The translations under genes and the position numbers were made by a program. The notes under the pieces were generated by a model. That model ran no database searches. It saw only the letters and a list, made by a program, of their open reading frames with translations, and was not told the DNA's origin. Below are positions 42,436 to 52,208 of a DNA stretch of 64,000 nucleotides, piece after piece (position 1 is the first letter of the stretch; the number at the start of each line of letters is the position of its first letter). Where the stretch lies: positions 64,001 to 128,000 of the IMG/VR virus record IMGVR_UViG_3300009008_000005. One strand, 5' to 3'. The stretch comes from a virus.

Positions 42436-42788
42436 CGGTTGCTCTCCAAAACTTGCCACGCCGAATACATGGACTTGCGGAAGTCATCAGCGGCCTTGAT
42501 GAGGTTGTCGGCATCAAAGCGCAGGTACCATCTTTCCCGGAGTCTGCCCTTACGCAGGTACAGCCTCTTGCATATGTGCAGGCTGTATCCTCGTAGGTCT
42601 GAGAGGAGTATCTCACAGATGTAGGTCCAGCGCTTTTCTGCCCGGGGATAGAGCTGGAACTCGAAGAAGCCTTCCCCGATGTAGCCAGAGTACACCTCCA
42701 CACCGAGGTCTCTAAAAGTGTATGATACACCAAGGAAAGCCCCCTCTACGTCATTCCGTACTGGCGGGGGTTTCCACTCGCTCCGCAT
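42432..42788 (-). CDS. Hypothetical protein
   Basis: GGGGAG RBS, operon fit. Confidence 0.6.
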   Translation of the reverse strand: MRSEWKPPPVRNDVEGAFLGVSYTFRDLGVEVYSGYIGEGFFEFQLYPRAEKRWTYICEILLSDLRGYSLHICKRLYLRKGRLRERWYLRFDADNLIKAADDFRKSMYSAWQVLESNR

Positions 42789-43335
42789 TCGGAACTCCCC
42801 CTTCGACTTGGAACCCATAAATCCCCTGCACGTCATTCATGCAGCACACGGAGTCGACAGCCATCCCGCAGAGAACCATACCTTTAGCCACGGCAGGTGT
42901 TTCCATGATCTGGCCACCTAGGAACGTCTCCTCTGAGTGCCTACCTATGTTCTTCAGGATGCTCTTGTCTTCTACGAACACGTGAGAGATCCGGAACCCT
43001 TGCTCTTCAGCATAGAGGACTGTCCTAAGGATCTTCTCGTGAAGCGTCATCTCGTTATCGACCATCCTGATGGGTACTAGCCTTAGAACCTCTTCGGGTG
43101 TGAATGTCTCCTCGACCCGCTCCTTGAAGTCCGGGTCACCAGGTCTCTGTAAGTGCTTTACCCTGATGGGACTGTTCGCCTCGAAAGCGATAGCGATCAC
43201 CAGGGGCTGCGAGAGCACACGTCGAAAAGCCCGTACAACAGCGTCCACTGTGGGCTTCTCTGGTAGCTCTACGTCTACCGTTAGAACCTTCGGCGTCATC
43301 AGCTCACTCTGGAGCCTCTTATCGCCTGTGTTCAT
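42751..43335 (-). CDS. Hypothetical protein
   Basis: Operon fit. Confidence 0.65.
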   Translation of the reverse strand: MNTGDKRLQSELMTPKVLTVDVELPEKPTVDAVVRAFRRVLSQPLVIAIAFEANSPIRVKHLQRPGDPDFKERVEETFTPEEVLRLVPIRMVDNEMTLHEKILRTVLYAEEQGFRISHVFVEDKSILKNIGRHSEETFLGGQIMETPAVAKGMVLCGMAVDSVCCMNDVQGIYGFQVEGGVPNAERVETPASTE

Positions 43336-43675
43336 AGTCCCCACCATCCCTAAAGGCGTGTGCGTAGTAGGTCTTGGGCTCAGTCTCCCCTTGTAGGAGA
43401 GTCCACGCTTCCTCGATCTGTAGCATAGGGTCCGTTCTCAACAGGTTGGCTACACGTTCCCCTTGAGGCCGCATGCTCTCCGCATACTTACGCTCTAGAG
43501 GGATCGGGTACATCTGCGTACCGCAGAAGCAAGGGTCCTCTGGCGAGGCTACCTTACGCAGCCTGTAGCACACAGGACACCTCCACTCCACACGCTTCTC
43601 ACCGGACTCGAACCCGAATGCATCGGACTTAGAGAACCGGGAGAAGGCGTCACCTGTCTCCCAGAACTCTTTCAC
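43319..43675 (-). CDS. Zn-ribbon protein
   Basis: CPVC ... CFCG. Confidence 0.65.
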   Translation of the reverse strand: MKEFWETGDAFSRFSKSDAFGFESGEKRVEWRCPVCYRLRKVASPEDPCFCGTQMYPIPLERKYAESMRPQGERVANLLRTDPMLQIEEAWTLLQGETEPKTYYAHAFRDGGDYEHRR

Positions 43676-44070
43676 GGCTTGTGCAGCCCCAGCGGTGGAA
43701 TCCCATATCCATCAGAGAGCAGATTCCCGTCTGGGTCCCTAGCCTCCTCAATGGCGATCCCGTGCCTTACCTCTGCGACCTCTTTCGCCATGCGCTCCTG
43801 GAGCTGGTCCACTGCGCTTTGGACCGGGTCTTCTTCCTCTTCGAACGCATTCGGGTCCCGGTCGTACTCCTCGAAGTCCGGCTCTGCTGGTTCTTCAGGT
43901 GCTGTGCCAGCAGGGGCCATGAGAGAGTCGAGATGATGGAGCATCTCTTGGACGGTCTCAACAGCCGTTAGGATAGAGAATGTCATCCCACCGATGGTGA
44001 TGACTATTTCGCCGAAATAGTCGCCCTTCTCGGGGATGAAGGTGATGGATAGTTTCTCTAGAGTGATCAT
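43672..44070 (-). CDS. Acidic hypothetical protein
   Basis: GGGAGG RBS; contains a coding copy of the palindrome. Confidence 0.7.
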   Translation of the reverse strand: MITLEKLSITFIPEKGDYFGEIVITIGGMTFSILTAVETVQEMLHHLDSLMAPAGTAPEEPAEPDFEEYDRDPNAFEEEEDPVQSAVDQLQERMAKEVAEVRHGIAIEEARDPDGNLLSDGYGIPPLGLHKP

Positions 44071-44072
44071 CG

Positions 44073-44429
44073 CTAACCTCCCTTATTGGACCGCTCGTAC
44101 TCGATCTTTAGCTGCTTCCAAGCCTCTTCCTGGTCTGGAAGCTCTCCACTGCTTCCGGAGAAAGCCGCAGGGGTCAAGTGAACCTCAAGGTTACCGAGTT
44201 CCTTCAACGTGTCCTCCTTGAGCTTCTCGACCTCTTCCTCATTGCTCTCCGTGAACGGGAGACGTGCTGCCACGTACTCCTTCAACATCTCCCTAGCAGC
44301 CTGCTCATTACCGAGAGCAGCCTCCATGAGGAGGGTAGTCTTGAGCACCTCAGAGCGCTCCTCCCTCTGCACCACGCCCAGCATCATGCTCTCTTGGATC
44401 GAGCCCGCCGGAGGGGTATGAGGATACAT
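44073..44429 (-). CDS. Tail assembly chaperone extension (GT-like), reached by -1 frameshift
   Basis: -1 frame is open from the slippery site: KWVSSPGGWWRLRLWRSMYPHTPPAGS... Confidence 0.6.
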   Translation of the reverse strand: MYPHTPPAGSIQESMMLGVVQREERSEVLKTTLLMEAALGNEQAAREMLKEYVAARLPFTESNEEEVEKLKEDTLKELGNLEVHLTPAAFSGSSGELPDQEEAWKQLKIEYERSNKGG

Positions 44430-44470
44430 GGAGCGCCAGAGCCGGAGACGCCACCACCCTCCCGGCGAGC

Positions 44471-45046
44471 TTACCCATTTTTTACTTCACCGAGCATGTA
44501 CATCTCGTGCGCACGGTTCAGGAACCACCCGTACTGCAGGAAGACATGCCCTAGCGCCGTCATAGGCATCGAACGCCGGAGGAGACGCAGCTTTGCGAAG
44601 ACACTGTCGTCATCAATGACGTCGGTCTCCTTGTCCACAATGATCTGAGGCAGTGGGAACTCCTTACCGCCTACATGCAACTCCACGATCCCGAAGGTCA
44701 GCTGGAAGTTCCTGTAGCGAGAGTTCACGTACGCCTGTGCCTTACCCATGGAAGATGACAGGTGCTCATTGACCCACTCCTCTTCCTCACCGTTCATGGT
44801 CTGGAAGACCACACGGATCTGCTTGGAGGCAACGACATCCTGCTTGATGTGGCCGTTGATGAGGTCTCCGAAGTCGAAGGAGACATTCTTGTCCGCCTCC
44901 TTCTTCTCCTCCTCAATCTTCTTGGCGGCACCAAGGTCTACATCAGATCCAAGGCCCAGGACAGATAGCGCCTTTGCGATCTCTTCCGGATCCTCCTCAC
45001 GGGGGACGTCCTTCGGGGGTACTTTGGCTTTATCTTCGCCAGCCAT
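44471..45046 (-). CDS. Tail assembly chaperone (G-like)
   Basis: Ends GTA AAA AAT GGG TAA (A_AAA_AAT slippery heptamer) with a downstream hairpin. Confidence 0.6.
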   Translation of the reverse strand: MAGEDKAKVPPKDVPREEDPEEIAKALSVLGLGSDVDLGAAKKIEEEKKEADKNVSFDFGDLINGHIKQDVVASKQIRVVFQTMNGEEEEWVNEHLSSSMGKAQAYVNSRYRNFQLTFGIVELHVGGKEFPLPQIIVDKETDVIDDDSVFAKLRLLRRSMPMTALGHVFLQYGWFLNRAHEMYMLGEVKNG

Positions 45047-45333
45047 TAGTCCTCCTCCCCTTCACGCATCTTACGGGCCTGCTCCAGCTTGTGCCTCACA
45101 GAGGAGACCAGCCACTTCGACGGGGTGTCGAGGGTAAGGTCGCTCGTGGGGATCAGGAAGAGGTTCCCGTTAGGGAATACGACCGCCATACGGCGCTTCG
45201 GCTTTGCATCACCCTCCGTGAAGGTGAGCATCATCCACTTTGCCTCTTCGAGGTGAATCAGCTCGTTCCGCCCGAAGCCCTCTTCTTCGAACTTCACGGC
45301 ATCCATGTTCTTGGGATCTACGACCTTAGCCAT
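45046..45333 (-). CDS. Hypothetical protein
   Basis: AAAGGAG RBS; frame is open to 45549. Confidence 0.6.
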   Translation of the reverse strand: MAKVVDPKNMDAVKFEEEGFGRNELIHLEEAKWMMLTFTEGDAKPKRRMAVVFPNGNLFLIPTSDLTLDTPSKWLVSSVRHKLEQARKMREGEED

Positions 45334-45572
45334 CTTGCTCTCCTTTCTGCGTGCACATGCAGCGCAGTAGTCCAACGTAATACAAACCGCTACGTCTAAC
45401 GGTTCTTGCAGCCCAATGTCCGTAATGACGCTGGGGTGCTGACAGTACCGCTCCCTCCGTTCGATGTCTCCCCCGAAGATGCAATCGACTTCCGACCTCT
45501 TGATCGGCGGTAGGGAACGATTGCTTCTTTTGGCGGGCGGAGCTTCCACGTGCTACCTCCACAACAGCGCAT

Positions 45573-46253
45573 TCATTCACCCTTTTCCTCTCTGTACAAT
45601 TCCCACGTACACAAAGCCTCAACCGGCTGTGAAGTGGGATTTTCGACAACCACTGTGTACTTCCCTGCGTCTAGCCTAGTCCGCAACTCGTGGGCTCCAA
45701 TAGAAGCACCATGCCGCTCCCCGGACTTGTAGGCCTCGAATCCCTCAGCACCTCCATGGATGCATCGAAGCTGTAAGAAAGGAGGATGGGCCATCACGGA
45801 TATGCTGAAGTCTACGGGATGGTCAATCACCCACACTACAGCATTTCCCTCCGTGGGCACCTCCACGGAGACCTCATCCGAAGCGAAGAGCTTACTCACG
45901 GGGCCCGGTACCATGCTCTTGGGCCCTACGACGATGAAGTTCCCTCGCTCAGAGCCTCTCATAGCGACCTTGTCCGAGACCCTTCGCATAGAGGCGATGG
46001 AGAACAGTGCGGCGTTGTAGGTGTTCACACTACAATCCCCACCAAGTTGCATGAGGAACGTCCGTTCGTCATCCACGACCATATCGAGTATTTCGCCGAA
46101 ATAGTCTAGGATGGACTGGTCGAGGTTCTCCATGTCAGTCCATAAAGACTGAAAGGCCTCCCCCGATATTTCCGTCCCCAGGAAGGCTTTCTTCACCTCG
46201 AACGTCCCCAACTCCTCCTTCACGAACGCCACTTTCCTCTCTGTCTGTTCCAT
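45573..46253 (-). CDS. Hypothetical protein
   Basis: GGAGAAGG RBS; contains a coding copy of the palindrome. Confidence 0.65.
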   Translation of the reverse strand: MEQTERKVAFVKEELGTFEVKKAFLGTEISGEAFQSLWTDMENLDQSILDYFGEILDMVVDDERTFLMQLGGDCSVNTYNAALFSIASMRRVSDKVAMRGSERGNFIVVGPKSMVPGPVSKLFASDEVSVEVPTEGNAVVWVIDHPVDFSISVMAHPPFLQLRCIHGGAEGFEAYKSGERHGASIGAHELRTRLDAGKYTVVVENPTSQPVEALCTWELYREEKGE

Positions 46254-46713
46254 CCCTTCTCCTTCGGATGCGTTCCAGTCTAGACATATCTGAGCCTGGA
46301 AGGTTACTTATGTCATAGCCGCCTGAGGCTGTCTCTTTGATGTCTTCACGCTGGGCCTGCCTACGAGCCCAGCCTCGCACGATGTACCCAAGGCAGAACA
46401 TCTTGGCCTCTGCGGGGGACAAGTGCTGGATGAGGTCTGCGTCCACTCCGCATTGTGTCATGCTTCTAGTGACGGACTGCTTCATAGGAAGCGTCCACTC
46501 ATCGTCCATGGCCCTCTCTATGGCCTGGATCTGCTCTGCGGTGAACGTCTCGGGTATCTCAATGATGGGCATCTGATCTATGGCCTCCTCGACGTACTGC
46601 ATGAATAGATCGTCCTCTACAGCCCTGATCTCCTCTGCGGCATCGTCTGTTATGTCGGCCCATAGGTCATCCCTCTCAGCCCTGTAGAAGGTCTTAAACA
46701 GCTCGTCAGTCAA
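46135..46713 (-). CDS. Acidic protein with SRLERIRRRR motif
   Basis: TTG start; operon fit. Confidence 0.55.
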   Translation of the reverse strand: MTDELFKTFYRAERDDLWADITDDAAEEIRAVEDDLFMQYVEEAIDQMPIIEIPETFTAEQIQAIERAMDDEWTLPMKQSVTRSMTQCGVDADLIQHLSPAEAKMFCLGYIVRGWARRQAQREDIKETASGGYDISNLPGSDMSRLERIRRRRDGTDREESGVREGGVGDVRGEESLPGDGNIGGGLSVFMD

Positions 46714-46960
46714 TAGGGATCCTCATGCCTTCACTTACCTTATCCCACGAGCCATCCGCACCCCTGTCCACGAATCTATGGTCAGGATCATCAGGGGACA
46801 GAGTCGAACCGAACACGGCGGTCCACACCCTCTCCCTAATCTCCTTCGACTCCAGGAGCCTCTGCGCATACTTCAGAGACCTGTGATTCATGTTGTCCTT
46901 GAGGAGTGAGGCAATCATCTGAATTCCCAGTTCCTCTAGCGCTTCCGTGTCTAGGGTCAT
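46706..46960 (-). CDS. Hypothetical protein
   Basis: GGAGG RBS. Confidence 0.65.
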   Translation of the reverse strand: MTLDTEALEELGIQMIASLLKDNMNHRSLKYAQRLLESKEIRERVWTAVFGSTLSPDDPDHRFVDRGADGSWDKVSEGMRIPID

Positions 46961-47310
46961 TGTTTCCTCCTACTCTTCAGGCGCTCTAAACGGCTACCTG
47001 TCGGCTTGTCGACGAACTGGTCTTCGATTACCTTCGTGTAGGTTCCCTTATTGAGCATCTCAGAGCCCCAGCCCCTCACAAGAAATCCGACAATAAAGGC
47101 CTGTAGCTGCTTTAGGTTCCCACGAAAGTGGTGGAGGACATTCTCTTCGATACTGTTCGCATCTAATGCATCCATGCAAAGGACTAAGAGCTTGTCGTAG
47201 TCCTTGCACTCCATGATCTTCTCGACCAAGGGGAGTCTCAGGTGATGAGGAGTCAGCTTAGACACCTTTCTTTTAGGTGCAGGCCCACTCCAGGCATCCA
47301 TTCTAGCCAC
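46957..47310 (-). CDS. Hypothetical protein ending GSRLERLKSRRKQ
   Basis: Coupled start/stop. Confidence 0.7.
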   Translation of the reverse strand: MARMDAWSGPAPKRKVSKLTPHHLRLPLVEKIMECKDYDKLLVLCMDALDANSIEENVLHHFRGNLKQLQAFIVGFLVRGWGSEMLNKGTYTKVIEDQFVDKPTGSRLERLKSRRKQ

Positions 47311-47534
47311 TACTGCGTGTCCTCATCCCATTCGGTGATAGCCGCCATGAGGTTAGGGTTAAAGATCATGGCCTGGCACAGAGTACTCTCTACCGGACCG
47401 TGTCTATTCGTGGCCTTTACCTGGAGAGGTGTCCCATGCGGGTCGTAGCCCTGGTCCATGGACTTACTCACTAGCTCCGCTAGATGCTTCGGCCCTCTCC
47501 CTTCGAGGAGTATATAGGCTTGTTTACGCTTCAT
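47310..47534 (-). CDS. DUF1737-like small protein
   Basis: LAELVSKSMDQGYDPHGTPL ... LCQAMI pattern. Confidence 0.5.
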   Translation of the reverse strand: MKRKQAYILLEGRGPKHLAELVSKSMDQGYDPHGTPLQVKATNRHGPVESTLCQAMIFNPNLMAAITEWDEDTQ

Positions 47535-47618
47535 CTTGCTTCTCCTGCAATCGTTCAACTAGCACACCAATGCACTCTGGGCAGACATCCGTACGGGACT
47601 TCCTGGTACGAAGGATCA

Positions 47619-47831
47619 TCAGTGTACACCCTTCAGCGTAGCCCGAATCTCGTCTAGGCGCTCTAGGAGGATACGGTCCGCCTCTTCGGCGAGGTCTCCA
47701 TCATCACATTCGAAGATGGTGGAGATTCCCAGATTCGTCTGGAGCCGCCATTTCCCTCCAAAGGGACACAGCGTAACGGTGTCGTTACCCAGCTTACGCT
47801 GAAAGACGTCTCCTTCCTTTGTCCAGCTCAC
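47619..47831 (-). CDS. Hypothetical protein
   Basis: Operon fit. Confidence 0.6.
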   Translation of the reverse strand: MSWTKEGDVFQRKLGNDTVTLCPFGGKWRLQTNLGISTIFECDDGDLAEEADRILLERLDEIRATLKGVH

Positions 47832-48136
47832 GGAGTCCCACCTTCCATCTTCAGCTGGCCGAACTTGCGGGCTAGGGCCTTGTCCATGTCGACCCCAATG
47901 CGTCCCCCGATCTCAAGGGTTAGAACCATGATGGAGGCCAAAGTGTCCTCAGCGTCTGTCATTGGGGAGTCTTTCATCCGCTGGGGGCTAGCCATACATG
48001 CGTAGAGCCTCGAAGTCCTCTGTACGAGTCTCATGCAGGCATGTGCAGGAGTTTCGATGGTCTTCCACCATCCCTTACTGTGACAGAGGACCTTTATCTC
48101 CTCTGCCCAGCCTTGCAACGTAGCCGGATTAGGCAT
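47828..48136 (-). CDS. MazG-fold protein with degenerate acidic motif
   Basis: LQGWAEEIKVLCHSKGWW ... EDTLASIMVLTL ... GVDMDKALARK. Confidence 0.5.
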   Translation of the reverse strand: MPNPATLQGWAEEIKVLCHSKGWWKTIETPAHACMRLVQRTSRLYACMASPQRMKDSPMTDAEDTLASIMVLTLEIGGRIGVDMDKALARKFGQLKMEGGTP

Positions 48137-48308
48137 CTGTAATCTCCTTGATCTCCTCTGAGGTGTGTCCACGGAGAGATGTTCGCTCATCGTCCGTAAG
48201 CTTGTCCCATATGCTATCGAGTTCGTCGGCTATGGAGTCCCCTTCCTCTTCGTAGTTACCTGCGTAGGCACTCTCCATCGCCTTCACACCCGCCAGATAG
48301 TTCTTCAT
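48129..48308 (-). CDS. Small acidic protein
   Basis: Operon fit. Confidence 0.55.
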   Translation of the reverse strand: MKNYLAGVKAMESAYAGNYEEEGDSIADELDSIWDKLTDDERTSLRGHTSEEIKEITDA

Positions 48309-48321
48309 GTGCTTGGAGGGG

Positions 48322-48741
48322 CTAGTCATCGGTCTTGGCCTTATCCAACTCGATCGCCTTGCCGATGGTCTTGGCCTTCTCTTCCATCTCACGCTGCTTT
48401 TGGAGGTACTCTTCCTTCTTTAGGAGGTCTTCATCGGTCGGGTTCGCATTGGGGCCCATGAGGATGAGCCTGGAGGGCTCTGAGAATCTCACGTCCACGA
48501 TCCCTTCCATCCCACGGAGCCGTAGAATGCCGATGATGGCCGCAGAGAGGGCCCCAAGGGACAAAATCTTCTTCCCCACGATGATTTTGGTGTACTTACC
48601 GTTGATACAAGAGTCCACCATGGCTGAGACGAGGCTCACGAACTCGGAGTCCGCTGCTACGATCTCTTCCCAACCCCTCTGGAACTCCTCTTGGTCGATG
48701 ATGTTGACCGAAAGGTTGTCCGTAATGCTCCCCACGTTCAT
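48322..48741 (-). CDS. Hypothetical protein
   Basis: GAAGG RBS. Confidence 0.65.
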   Translation of the reverse strand: MNVGSITDNLSVNIIDQEEFQRGWEEIVAADSEFVSLVSAMVDSCINGKYTKIIVGKKILSLGALSAAIIGILRLRGMEGIVDVRFSEPSRLILMGPNANPTDEDLLKKEEYLQKQREMEEKAKTIGKAIELDKAKTDD

Positions 48742-49319
48742 CGAATCACCTTCACGGCCTGCCAGTCACCGAAGATGACTGTTACCTCAGCGTGACCCTC
48801 GTCACCACTCACCTGGAACCTTGGGAGGATCTCCGAAGGCATCTTGAAGATGAGTCCTACATTGCTCTCTGCATGTACAAGGGCCATGGAGGAGGCATTT
48901 TCCATCGAAAGTAGCTCTGCGAAGCCCTCGTAGTTAACTACGAGGGTTACGGCCATCGAGCGGTGATGGAAAACAGCACCTTGGGAGATACCCTCACTCA
49001 CATTTCCAGGCTCGATACCTAGGTGGAAGATGTTTTTGAGCCTATGGACGGCTGTGATGCCCTCATCATTGGCTTCATAAGGCCCAAAGGCGACATCGGT
49101 GCCCTTGATGAGCTTTCCGTCGATACCTTCGGACCCAGAGGGGTCCATTGCGCCTTCCCGGAGCTGATCGAGGAAGTCGCCGATCGCCATTGTTGCTTCG
49201 GTATGCTTCTCCATCTGCTCAAAAAGCAGTTTTACCTCTGCTTGGAGGTCTTCGAGCGTAGGCGGGGCAGGATCAGGACACTTACAGGTCTCAGCCCTCT
49301 CCTGGATCACTTTCTCCAT
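48738..49319 (-). CDS. Hypothetical protein
   Basis: GGAGG RBS before MEKVIQ. Confidence 0.65.
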   Translation of the reverse strand: MEKVIQERAETCKCPDPAPPTLEDLQAEVKLLFEQMEKHTEATMAIGDFLDQLREGAMDPSGSEGIDGKLIKGTDVAFGPYEANDEGITAVHRLKNIFHLGIEPGNVSEGISQGAVFHHRSMAVTLVVNYEGFAELLSMENASSMALVHAESNVGLIFKMPSEILPRFQVSGDEGHAEVTVIFGDWQAVKVIR

Positions 49320-49740
49320 CGTCGGGGTGTCCTCCAGCCTTGGCTTCGTCGGTGAAGCTGACGGTTGGCTCGAAGGGGTCGAGGATTGGTCGGATGTTAG
49401 GTTGGGTGATTGATCCTGTTTCTTGCTCTTGCCCATAGGTTGCCTCCCAGTGCGTTGCAGATACCATGGAGAGGATCCTTGCGACCTCTTTCTCATGGTC
49501 AGAGTTAGGGCACATTGACGCCTGCAACTCTACAAGCGCCCGTGCGATATCCAGCCTCTCGGAAATAGACATCTGCCTTAGTGTGGACATTACGGTGCGG
49601 AGTCTATGAATCTCCGTGTTCGAAGGAAGGACCATCTTCGTCACTTCTCGATAGTCTTCCCATGTCCAAGGCTCACCGGCTTCGACCTCCATTCGGAAGC
49701 GACTTAGGGTGTCCCTACCGACGATTTTACCGTCCATCAT
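49291..49740 (-). CDS. Hypothetical protein
   Basis: GGAG RBS. Confidence 0.65.
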   Translation of the reverse strand: MMDGKIVGRDTLSRFRMEVEAGEPWTWEDYREVTKMVLPSNTEIHRLRTVMSTLRQMSISERLDIARALVELQASMCPNSDHEKEVARILSMVSATHWEATYGQEQETGSITQPNIRPILDPFEPTVSFTDEAKAGGHPDDGESDPGEG

Positions 49741-49871
49741 TTTCGTCTCCTATGGCCTCATTGTGGTGGTTCAGGAACGGGTGTCAAGTGAAAATGTTTA
49801 CCACGATGCTCAAAGTCGTATACATATGCTCTATTTTTACGTGGAATAGGTAGGGGCTCATTTTCCCGGGG

Positions 49872-49913
49872 TATTTCGGCGAAATAGCCTGTTTGGTGTA
49901 TTTCGACGAAATA
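49872..49913. promoter_or_regulatory. Tandem 15-bp palindromic operators
   Basis: TATTTCGGCGAAATA (49872) and TATTTCGACGAAATA (49899), just before ATAAGAA at 49921. Confidence 0.8.
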
Positions 49914-49951
49914 GTACGGCATAAGAAGAGTGGACCCCAAGATGGAGGCAT

Positions 49952-50257
49952 ATGCATATGACAAGGAATGAGTTCGCTCGTATCCTGGATGGATTGATCT
50001 CTTCCCGGATCCCGAGCTTCGTCAGGGAGAGTGTAGTGATACAGTATGACCGCAGAGCAGTACACGACCGGATACGGATGAGGCTCCCTCAATTTCTCCA
50101 CGACACCACGACAAGGGAGAGGGAGACCGGCATCTTGTGCGATGGGTGCCATACATTCTTGAAGGATATACTCATCGGTGATCTTCCGGGGTGCACAGTC
50201 GTGTGTGTGGACGCACGCAGCGAGGAATTCTACATCGCTGTCACCGTACGATACTAA
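49952..50257 (+). CDS. Hypothetical protein
   Basis: GGAGG RBS after operators and promoter motif. Confidence 0.65.
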   Translation: MHMTRNEFARILDGLISSRIPSFVRESVVIQYDRRAVHDRIRMRLPQFLHDTTTRERETGILCDGCHTFLKDILIGDLPGCTVVCVDARSEEFYIAVTVRY

Positions 50258-50379
50258 AAACATGAACATCCCAGCATAAGAATAGCGAAACTCAACCGTG
50301 CCCTGGGAAGGAAAACCGTAAGGTTTTTCTTACCTTTCCGGCATAAGAATAGTGAACCCAACCTTGTCTAGGAGGAGCG

Positions 50380-50670
50380 ATGACAACAAGTGACTGGGCG
50401 CTCTTCGCCCACCTACTAGGGCAGGTCTCCGAAAGTCTGCTACGCACAGCTACTCAACCCGTCGGAAGGGTATCGAACCCCACTACTATTCGAATAGGAT
50501 TCGACGCTCTGCGTGGTGATATCCCCCATAAAATCCGAGATTTCATCGAGGCCAATGACCTCGATCTAGACTTCACCAACTCAACCTCGCTCGTCATCGA
50601 GAACGGGACCAAGATCCGTATCTCCATCCTATATGGGCCCAGCAGGGATCGCTACGTGAGGAGAATGTAA
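50380..50670 (+). CDS. Hypothetical protein
   Basis: AGGAGGAG RBS, ATAAGAA at 50343. Confidence 0.65.
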   Translation: MTTSDWALFAHLLGQVSESLLRTATQPVGRVSNPTTIRIGFDALRGDIPHKIRDFIEANDLDLDFTNSTSLVIENGTKIRISILYGPSRDRYVRRM

Positions 50671-50951
50671 TGCCAACAGAGCAGGACTTCGCAAGGCAGC
50701 TCACAAATAGTATCCGACAAGCGATCCAAAACTACCTCGATACCCCGGATAGATCGCTGAGTCGTCTCGTTAGCGCAGCGTCATGCGGCCACATATACCA
50801 CCCCATCCGAACTAGCATCAACAGTGATGCCGAGTTCCGAGACGTCTACGAGATAACTTTCGTCAGCGGACCTGTGGATCTTGTAGCTAGGAGGGCTGTT
50901 ATCTCGATCAACTATAGGACATGGACCCCCACGGAGGGCTGGAATGGATGA
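50670..50951 (+). CDS. Hypothetical protein
   Basis: TAATG coupling. Confidence 0.6.
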   Translation: MPTEQDFARQLTNSIRQAIQNYLDTPDRSLSRLVSAASCGHIYHPIRTSINSDAEFRDVYEITFVSGPVDLVARRAVISINYRTWTPTEGWNG

Positions 50952-50990
50952 CATCGAACTCGAAGTGAGATACAGCTAGGAGGTGAATCT

Positions 50991-51638
50991 ATGTCACATT
51001 GGCTACGAAAGAGGTGCAGTGACCTGGGTGCGGAGGCCATGAACCTTCGCCGAAAGCTCGGGAAGGTGGAGAACGAGCGGGACACCATCGCACGGAAGGT
51101 GATCAATCTAATCCTCCCGGAGTTCATCCCGCTCTGGAGGAAGTACAACTTCTGCCTCTACAAGGGAATCCACTGGGATGTGGTCGACGATGACTCGTCG
51201 AAGTACCACCACTACTCCCGCTCCTTCAACAGCTACTCCTACATCTTTGACCAATACAAGGGGGAGTCCTGCATCGTCATCGAGCAGCGCACGAACACGG
51301 GTACCAACGACAGGATGGAGTTCCCGCTCCGCTTCGTGCACCTTCACGACGAGGACACCATCGTGATCGACCCGGAACTCTACAACTGGGTCGAGAAGGA
51401 CCTGAGGGATGCACTGGACCAGGGACTGAAGCAGGCCCTCGCTGCGAACATCCAGTTCGAAGAGGCTGCGGGTAAGGCGGACTGCGGGTTCCTCATCCAG
51501 CCCGGTAGCTGGGACCCTCAGAAGGATCCATGGCTCACCACGGACGGAAAAGGTAAGCTCCGAGGGGTTGGCTCCAAGGCCAAGAGTGACCTCACCGTCG
51601 AGGAGATCACGGATCGGTGGCGCTACAAGAAGCCTTAG
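50991..51638 (+). CDS. Hypothetical protein
   Basis: GGAGG RBS, high GC3. Confidence 0.75.
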   Translation: MSHWLRKRCSDLGAEAMNLRRKLGKVENERDTIARKVINLILPEFIPLWRKYNFCLYKGIHWDVVDDDSSKYHHYSRSFNSYSYIFDQYKGESCIVIEQRTNTGTNDRMEFPLRFVHLHDEDTIVIDPELYNWVEKDLRDALDQGLKQALAANIQFEEAAGKADCGFLIQPGSWDPQKDPWLTTDGKGKLRGVGSKAKSDLTVEEITDRWRYKKP

Positions 51639-51647
51639 GGGGCGCAC

Positions 51648-51890
51648 GTGATACCTTCTGAGGTGGCAGCAGAAATCAACAACCTAATCATCTGGAAGCT
51701 CCGGGAGGCCCTGGTCTCCGGAGATATTCCGGTGGATGCAGACGGAACAGGGAGGTACGATCCTGAACGTGTGTGGATGCCTGTACAGACGAGGCTGACC
51801 GAGATCGGCAACGGCGGTCTGACGTCCACCACTGTCATAGGGCACCGCAAACTTGAACTGAAGATCTACGGATACCGAAATAGAGAATGA
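51648..51890 (+). CDS. Hypothetical protein
   Basis: GTG start, operon fit. Confidence 0.5.
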   Translation: MIPSEVAAEINNLIIWKLREALVSGDIPVDADGTGRYDPERVWMPVQTRLTEIGNGGLTSTTVIGHRKLELKIYGYRNRE

Positions 51891-51912
51891 ACCAAACTGC
51901 CTGGAGGAAATC

Positions 51913-52200
51913 ATGCATAAGCTTATGTTCTACGTCGTCATCTTCGTCATCGTCATCTCCGTCTCTTGCGGACGAGGCTTCCTCGTCGGCGAGCAGCGGG
52001 TAACCACAGCCGCCGAGAAGGCCGGTCTGCAGAGTGCGAAGATCATATCCTCACACCGCATCTGGCCCGTGTTCTTCGGCTGCGACAAGCACGATGCGGC
52101 GGGCTTCAAGGTCGAGGGGATCAACCCCAACGGCATGAAGGTCGACGCCATGGTCTGCTGCGGATGGATCCTCAAGGGCTGCACCATGAGGTACGAGTAG
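51913..52200 (+). CDS. Phage lipoprotein
   Basis: Lipobox-like VSC; FFGCDKHD ... NPNG ... VCCG..KGCTMRY. Confidence 0.7.
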   Translation: MHKLMFYVVIFVIVISVSCGRGFLVGEQRVTTAAEKAGLQSAKIISSHRIWPVFFGCDKHDAAGFKVEGINPNGMKVDAMVCCGWILKGCTMRYE

Positions 52201-52208
52201 GGGTGCCA

